Under the pieces are notes generated by a model, which did no database searches, had not been told where the DNA came from, and worked only from the letters and a program-made list of their open reading frames with translations. From IMG/VR virus record IMGVR_UViG_3300022548_000175, positions 4,111 to 68,110 of that record: a DNA stretch of 64,000 nt; one strand, given 5' to 3'. Positions 58,224 through 64,000 of the stretch are shown piece by piece. The translations under genes were made by a program, and so were the position numbers. The DNA comes from a virus (lineage: Duplodnaviria > Caudoviricetes). Numbering within the stretch: position 1 is the stretch's first letter; every line of letters starts with the position of its first letter.

Positions 58224-58409
58224 ATTCTCAACTTAAAAATTGATTATAAAATTTTTATATTTTTCAAAACCGTAGCCGGGAGGACGAGGAGTTCGCGCTT
58301 TAGCGCGAATGACGCAGTCCGTAGGGCGGAGGTTTTGGAAAAATATAAACATTTGATTGCACGAGATAATGCAATCATCCGCTGAAGCAGCGGACATTAT
58401 CTTGAGAAT
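58224..58409 (-). ncRNA. Candidate retron-type ncRNA no. 3 (stand-alone transcription unit)
   Basis: Arms ATTCTCAA/TTGAGAAT with G (58401) opposite G (58232); hairpins 58378-58394 and 58354-58377; long hairpin 58254-58349; promoter upstream and terminator downstream. Confidence 0.65.
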
Positions 58410-58434
58410 AAAAAAAATAAATCTATTCAATATT

Positions 58435-58463
58435 ATTATATCACATAAAAATAAATTATAACA
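58435..58463 (-). promoter_or_regulatory. Two extended -10 (TGnTATAAT) elements upstream of ncRNA no. 3
   Basis: TGTTATAAT (58463-58455) and TGATATAAT (58443-58435). Confidence 0.55.
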
Positions 58464-58497
58464 CAATTATCAATAGTCTCATTATATAACCGGATTT

Positions 58498-58767
58498 TTA
58501 TTTATTATCTGAAAGCTGCACAATTCTTTTATTATTCAATATAGACCTAAGATGGTCAATTTGATTCACCTGCTCTGGATGCCGGTGTTCTAAATAATTT
58601 TTATAGCTCGCCACTTCTTGAAAAAATACTATATCCCTAAATTTTTTTAAGAGATAATCGTATTCATCGGCGTATTTTTCTTTAAGAGTTTTATCGGCGA
58701 GCTCTATTATTTTTTTTTCAGATTCTTGGTCAAGGATAAAATTTCCATCTAATAAGATAATACCCAT
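58498..58767 (-). CDS. Hypothetical protein
   Basis: 89-aa ORF. Confidence 0.55.
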   Translation of the reverse strand: MGIILLDGNFILDQESEKKIIELADKTLKEKYADEYDYLLKKFRDIVFFQEVASYKNYLEHRHPEQVNQIDHLRSILNNKRIVQLSDNK

Positions 58768-58772
58768 AATAT

Positions 58773-59663
58773 TTATTTTGCAAAAAAGGCATGTAAAATA
58801 GAAGGAAAAATTACAAGTGAATTTATCATTCCATCTATTTGTTTAAAATATTCTATAGCCGAATATGGATCATTAAAAAATGGTTGAAGAACTTCGCGCT
58901 TTAACATAAAATGTTCAAGAACGATATTAACGTCAAGAACACCGCCAATGGATAATTTTTGTCCGGCTATTCTTCCCAATGTTATTCCTACATTATACAT
59001 TAACGCGATAACCGCAATCGGCATTAATTCATACCAATTTTTAAATATTCCAGTTACGATAACGGATTCATTATTCGCAATACGCCGTTCAATTTCGAGA
59101 AAAGCCCATTTAATACCTTTATCATTACCGCCAATTCCATTATCCCATAAATCAATATCAATTGAACTATTTGCCTGGCCTGAAAAAAGAAGTCCGTCAA
59201 CAAGCTCTTTTGTGGAGGAGTTTTTTCCGGAATCACATATAACTATTATTTGTTTTTTTGAACATACAAAAACATTTTTTGTAGTTATCGGCACTCTCGC
59301 GGTATTTATATGTGGTTTAGAAAAATTGGCAATTGACGTTAAAATATCTCTCGCCATTTTCATTACTTCTGTGGTAAACCCAGCCGCCGGATCATATTTT
59401 TCTATAAACATTTGATTATCTTCAATAAAAACGTCATGTTTTCTAATTATTTTTTCATCAACTGTTCCGTCAATATATGTAACGGAACTAATTATTGAAA
59501 CGCTTCCTTTTAATTTATTTGGTTCGGAATTTTCTTTATCTATAAAAATCTCCATTAATTGATTAGTTTCCAAAGGAATTCTTCTCTTTTTAGAATTCTG
59601 GAGAACGGCGTCTATTTCGGCTGTTAAATCTTTGTGAACACTTACATCTTTATTATTTTCCAT
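58773..59663 (-). CDS. Hypothetical protein
   Basis: 296-aa ORF; no motif confidently recognised. Confidence 0.6.
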   Translation of the reverse strand: MENNKDVSVHKDLTAEIDAVLQNSKKRRIPLETNQLMEIFIDKENSEPNKLKGSVSIISSVTYIDGTVDEKIIRKHDVFIEDNQMFIEKYDPAAGFTTEVMKMARDILTSIANFSKPHINTARVPITTKNVFVCSKKQIIVICDSGKNSSTKELVDGLLFSGQANSSIDIDLWDNGIGGNDKGIKWAFLEIERRIANNESVIVTGIFKNWYELMPIAVIALMYNVGITLGRIAGQKLSIGGVLDVNIVLEHFMLKREVLQPFFNDPYSAIEYFKQIDGMINSLVIFPSILHAFFAK

Positions 59664-60117
59664 ATATTATTTCCATTTGATTGTTTTCAACTACTATACA
59701 AACGTTTTGCTTAATTATATCTTCATGTTTCACATTAAAATTTATGCTGCCGTCAGGGTATTGCACCATAAATATAGAGTCATTATGATTATCAAGCAGT
59801 AATTGTTTTATTATTTTATATTTTTTTACCCATCGTATTCCGCCGCTCCTTTTTACGGCTTTAACGATTGGAAGCACATTTTCACAATGTTCAGATTTTA
59901 ATAATTTTTTTTTATTTGAAATATTTTTATTTTTCGATAATGCGCCATCGACGCTTATATTATATTTTTTTGGAGTTATTGAAATAACACAGCCTTTATT
60001 ATTTTTAGGCTCCCCAATCCATTCAGTATCTTTCAAAAGAAAATTCTCAATATCAACATTATCATCAATTTTTGCGACAACATGAAAAAGAACTTGCGCA
60101 TTAATCGTTTTCGACAT
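59653..60117 (-). CDS. Hypothetical protein
   Basis: 154-aa ORF; RBS AAGGAG. Confidence 0.55.
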   Translation of the reverse strand: MSKTINAQVLFHVVAKIDDNVDIENFLLKDTEWIGEPKNNKGCVISITPKKYNISVDGALSKNKNISNKKKLLKSEHCENVLPIVKAVKRSGGIRWVKKYKIIKQLLLDNHNDSIFMVQYPDGSINFNVKHEDIIKQNVCIVVENNQMEIIYGK

Positions 60118-60181
60118 TTATCGCTCCTTTTCCATAAAATAAACATACAACTTTAACTTGGCGCCATCTCAAACTGAAAAA

Positions 60182-60907
60182 TTAAGGCCTTCTCCATTTT
60201 CCATCGATATATTCCAAGAGCATGCGTTCATTATTACAAATAATTGGCGCACCCCTTGTAATACGGCACACTTTGAATCCGCCGCTTTTTAATGGCATAA
60301 GAAATTTATCACCATTAATGGACATTTTCGCCGTTTCAATATCATGAAAATCCTGCGTAACTTGAATACTGACCATCCCTGAGTCGGTTTCCATTTCAAC
60401 ATGAAAACCTGACAATTCAAACGCTCCTGGAGTCGAATCCGCAATCGGATCGCGTTTCCCAATAATACCACCTTCAGAAGTATAATCTCCATTAAATTTC
60501 ATTGGACCGGTTGATCGCATAGGATTTGTTACTCCGCCTTCAATATCAGAATCAATCCGAGCGTCTTGCACGACAGTGTCGTCAAATCCTGACTTAGAGG
60601 ATATTGGAAGCTCGCTTCTATTAGTTATAACATTATTTTTATCATTTTCTGTGTCCAATTTTTCAATTTCTTTTTTATCTTCATTAAGAAGTTCTTCCAT
60701 CGGCGTAAGATCAATCCCGCCGCCATATTCTACAACGTCTTGAGAAAATTCAGGATCTTTATCATCAATATGACTAATTCCCTCATTATCATCGATATGA
60801 TTAACGCCTTCATTTTCCTGAGGCATGTTTTGCCCCTGATTTTGTTCCTGTTTTTGATTTTCAATTCTTCCGTGTCCATGCAAAAACACTTTTTGATTCA
60901 TATCCAT
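60182..60907 (-). CDS. Acidic hypothetical protein
   Basis: 241 aa; short EGVNHIDD/EGISHIDD repeat. Confidence 0.6.
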   Translation of the reverse strand: MDMNQKVFLHGHGRIENQKQEQNQGQNMPQENEGVNHIDDNEGISHIDDKDPEFSQDVVEYGGGIDLTPMEELLNEDKKEIEKLDTENDKNNVITNRSELPISSKSGFDDTVVQDARIDSDIEGGVTNPMRSTGPMKFNGDYTSEGGIIGKRDPIADSTPGAFELSGFHVEMETDSGMVSIQVTQDFHDIETAKMSINGDKFLMPLKSGGFKVCRITRGAPIICNNERMLLEYIDGKWRRP

Positions 60908-60960
60908 ACCAATCCCCCTTTAAATTGAATTCCGGCGTTATATGCATCAAAATAAATGAA

Positions 60961-61779
60961 TTATTCTAAAGAAATTGAATCTTTTTGACACAGAACCCAT
61001 CTCAACGTCGCTTTAACCCATTCGTTCTCAGAATATTCCAAAGCGTCTTCTATTTCTTTTTTAGCCCTTATCGCCTTTATAGGTTTTCCAGCGGCTTTGG
61101 CGGCTTTATTAATTGAAATACGGCGCTTTCCTGGTTTACTGACGTCTTTAATGAGCTTATCAAGCTTTTCTTTTTGTTCCGCAGGGCTTAATCCGCTCAA
61201 TTTAGCCGCAGCTGTTGCGCTTATAATGCCAGAATCAACCGCTTTCTTAACCGCGGCTGATAACCCTATGATTTCCATCCAATTCTTAATAGTTTGTACA
61301 GTGACGCCAAAAACAATTGCGGCTTCTTTTTCAGTTCTCCCCATATCTAAATATCTTTTACATTTTTCCGCTTTGGCCAGAATACCATCACCCTGCCTAA
61401 GCTCGTTCTCTGAAATCATAACGCCAAGCTGTTCCGCCTCGTCTCCCCTTGTTAATACGCATGGAACTTTTATCGGCTCTTTTCCTTCTTTTCTTAGGCG
61501 CTTATTAGCCTCACGAGCGGCTTTAACACGCTGCCTTCCCGTTATAACAACGTCCTGATTATTTCTTCTAACAATTCGAATGTTTTGTAAAATGCCTTTA
61601 TGCATTATATTAAGAACCATTGGCTCTTCAACAGGAAGCTCAACTCTTGGATCATACAATGGATCGGACTTATCAGTAATAATAACAAGATCGTCCGGAT
61701 CAACCATGTACATATTTGTGCGAGGACATTCTGAAGCGTTTGACATAATACTGCCCTTTCTATTTTGTTGTGAATACAA
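60961..61779 (-). CDS. ParB/Srx-like protein with HTH
   Basis: GILQNIRI, ITGRQRVKAA, SENELR, HTH EKEAAIVFGVTVQTIKNW. Confidence 0.85.
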   Translation of the reverse strand: MYSQQNRKGSIMSNASECPRTNMYMVDPDDLVIITDKSDPLYDPRVELPVEEPMVLNIMHKGILQNIRIVRRNNQDVVITGRQRVKAAREANKRLRKEGKEPIKVPCVLTRGDEAEQLGVMISENELRQGDGILAKAEKCKRYLDMGRTEKEAAIVFGVTVQTIKNWMEIIGLSAAVKKAVDSGIISATAAAKLSGLSPAEQKEKLDKLIKDVSKPGKRRISINKAAKAAGKPIKAIRAKKEIEDALEYSENEWVKATLRWVLCQKDSISLE

Positions 61780-61883
61780 CTTTTATTATGTATAAAAAAT
61801 ATAAACTTCTCTTATAATATTTATATCGAAATACGCCATAAAATAACGGCCACGTCACGATAGATATGAAATCTCTCTTATTG

Positions 61884-62114
61884 TTAATCATCGCATTTTT
61901 TTGACGATAATTTTTGATTTATTTCTTTTAACGATAAAATTTGATCCGGTACGTCTTCAAGTTTATTCCACGGAATACAGACGCGCTCATTGCAAAACGG
62001 TATTCCTTTTTTACACCGAATAAAGTAATTATATTCGCCTCGCCGTTCAAAAAATTTATCTTCACATACCGACTTAAAATCATCGAACGATATCAATTTC
62101 TTCAAATTTTTCAT
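61884..62114 (-). CDS. Hypothetical Cys-containing protein
   Basis: 76-aa ORF. Confidence 0.45.
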   Translation of the reverse strand: MKNLKKLISFDDFKSVCEDKFFERRGEYNYFIRCKKGIPFCNERVCIPWNKLEDVPDQILSLKEINQKLSSKKCDD

Positions 62115-62958
62115 CTTTTAACCCCCAATTATCTTTATTATAATAAAAAAAAGAATTTTGAGCCTCCATCAATCTGATAATATTTAAAAGATCTTCATAT
62201 GAAATTTTTTTTATTTTATCATCGTTCATCCTATTATATTCTTTTGAAAATTCTATGCCAGGCACCCATCCTCCGGCATGTTCAATATGATAAACAACTT
62301 TCGGCGGTCTTAAAACAATCTCTTTACATCCATTATATACCGCATAATATTCAAATATAGAGTCTATATGAATTGAAAAAACGTCTTTTTCGTAATACCC
62401 GCGAAGCCGAAACCAGTCGTTTCTATGTAATAACTGAAAATCACCGCACGCATTGGTACAAAGCTCGTCTGTATAGGAAAGGTTTATGCGTATAAGATTT
62501 TTTTTCGCCTCTTCAACATTTTTTACGCCGCTTTTGGCGTCATATCGATACGCCCGGTATATACATCCCTTCTGTAATTTTTTTTTAGATAAAAAAGAAA
62601 TAACACTATCATCAAATAAAATATCAACATTTGTGGCGAGAATAAATTCGCCCCTCGCCCTTCTAATACCGACATTTTTAGCGATCATTTGATATAATGG
62701 TATTAGCTTATGCTGCCCATATCTTTTATGGACGCCGCCTGGAACTATAATTGACCTAAATTTTCCTTTTAATACTTCATGAAGAAGCGGTTTATTATTT
62801 GGGGGATTCCAGTCAACAATAATAATTTCTATAGGAAAATTAAATTTTTCAGACTGCCTATTTAGGTTATCTATAAAATTCTGCATTCTTTCGTTAAGAT
62901 TTCCGCCATGATTGTCGTTTCTTGATGCGGCTACAATACTAAGATATTCCCTTTCCAT
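62080..62958 (-). CDS. GT-A fold (GT2-like) glycosyltransferase
   Basis: SRNDNHGG, IIIVDWN, KNVGIRRARGEFILATNVD, GDFQL. Confidence 0.8.
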   Translation of the reverse strand: MEREYLSIVAASRNDNHGGNLNERMQNFIDNLNRQSEKFNFPIEIIIVDWNPPNNKPLLHEVLKGKFRSIIVPGGVHKRYGQHKLIPLYQMIAKNVGIRRARGEFILATNVDILFDDSVISFLSKKKLQKGCIYRAYRYDAKSGVKNVEEAKKNLIRINLSYTDELCTNACGDFQLLHRNDWFRLRGYYEKDVFSIHIDSIFEYYAVYNGCKEIVLRPPKVVYHIEHAGGWVPGIEFSKEYNRMNDDKIKKISYEDLLNIIRLMEAQNSFFYYNKDNWGLKDEKFEEIDIVR

Positions 62959-63298
62959 CCAATTCCTCGTCTATTTTTTCAAAAGTTTCTTTAATCGTTT
63001 CCATTATCAAAGAGCCGCTCTTACATATTAAATATATCGGATATTCAAGATTTAAAAGACCTGAAGGGTCGGTAAGTCCAATTTGTGCGTCTGGAAATTT
63101 TGATTTTAAAAATAAAACAGCAAATTCCGGATCTTTTCTAATTATTGGTTGTATATGATATTCGCCTTTTTGAACGCCATCAATATAAACTTCTCTTATA
63201 TTAAAAAATTTAAATTTCATTTCTCCATACGTGATGTTCGAAACTTTTAACCCGAAATCATACGAAAACATTCCGCCTTCATTAAATTTATTTTCCAT
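62939..63298 (-). CDS. Hypothetical protein
   Basis: 119-aa ORF. Confidence 0.55.
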   Translation of the reverse strand: MENKFNEGGMFSYDFGLKVSNITYGEMKFKFFNIREVYIDGVQKGEYHIQPIIRKDPEFAVLFLKSKFPDAQIGLTDPSGLLNLEYPIYLICKSGSLIMETIKETFEKIDEELDGKGIS

Positions 63299-63482
63299 AT
63301 TGCGACCTCATGTCTATTATTTTCAATTTAAGATGATCAGCGTTTTCGATATAATTTTCAACCAATGAATATAATATTGATTGCATAGTCGTTCTATTAT
63401 CTTTAGCGACTTTTTTGAATTTATCCCTCAACTCCTTTGAAATTTTAAAATTTATCGTAATTAGATTATTATTATCTTCCAT
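63288..63482 (-). CDS. Ribbon-helix-helix DNA-binding protein
   Basis: ITINFKISKELRDKFKKVA..TMQSILYSLVENYI. Confidence 0.7.
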   Translation of the reverse strand: MEDNNNLITINFKISKELRDKFKKVAKDNRTTMQSILYSLVENYIENADHLKLKIIDMRSQYGK

Positions 63483-64000
63483 GCAATTCTCCGTTAGTCT
63501 TTATAATAATAAATAATATAAAACTTTCATTATTTTATTATACATTTTATATTGCATTTTTCTTATATATAATATAATAAAAAAAAATGTAAAAAACAAA
63601 TATTTTTTGTCAAAGGTTAAAGTAATACTTTAAGTGACACGACGTAAGTTAGATTTATTTTTTTTTTCATTTTCATACATGTTTAAGTGATTAAATAAAC
63701 AATTTAAGCGCTATAATTCTAACTTTATGAAAAAACACCCCCTTTTCGTTTCTAAAATGTAAAAATGGCTTAACCGGTTAAAATTTTCAATTTTCTTTTT
63801 ACATTTTAGAAAAATTCGACATCGGAAAATGAAGAAAATCGCGATTTTCTCCCCTCACGTCAAGAAAAGTCTACTTAAAAAGCAAAAAATCATACTTAAA
63901 GTTTTACATTAAGGTTATATATTTTTTATTTTAAATATCAATAAGTTGTAAATTGGCACGATTTTTGCTATGCCCAATATATATATATATTATATAATAT

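Noticed and set aside
58773-59663. P-loop ATPase (CDSGKNSST)
   Set aside because: The Walker A match is too degenerate and no Walker B was found.
1-64000. Stop-codon reassignment
   Set aside because: Conserved genes are intact in code 11 and end at TAA, TAG and TGA.

Overview
AT-rich fragment of a large tailed dsDNA phage genome with a contractile (myovirus-type) tail. Plus-strand structural blocks: the 3' part of a fused beta/beta' multisubunit RNA polymerase, many small putative virion proteins sharing a K-x-[AS] motif, baseplate spike, terminase large subunit, prohead protease, scaffold, decoration protein, major capsid, neck proteins, peptidase M15, a glycosyltransferase/methyltransferase cluster beside a 1360-aa Ser-rich (SASE-repeat) protein, tail sheath and tail tube. 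Minus-strand accessory blocks are interleaved. (i) 7-16.6 kb: small genes, 12 of which carry a shared LPLxIG-helix tag, together with a MoxR-type AAA ATPase, a VWA/metallopeptidase and ClpS. (ii) 20.8-23.8 kb: a DHH phosphoesterase / retron-type reverse transcriptase / RNase H operon. (iii) A decayed, nested IS200/IS605 TnpB element. (iv) 54.8-63.5 kb: nucleotide and DNA metabolism genes. The top observation is three separate 190-240 nt intergenic elements (20829-21035, 55387-55618, 58224-58409), all on the RT strand. Each is closed by terminal inverted arms with a G opposite a G at the arm base and contains short hairpins plus one long hairpin, which is the retron msr-msd layout. This suggests one phage RT with its own RNase H serving several dispersed ncRNA templates. 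All coordinates and pairings were read by hand; no database searches or folding programs were run.
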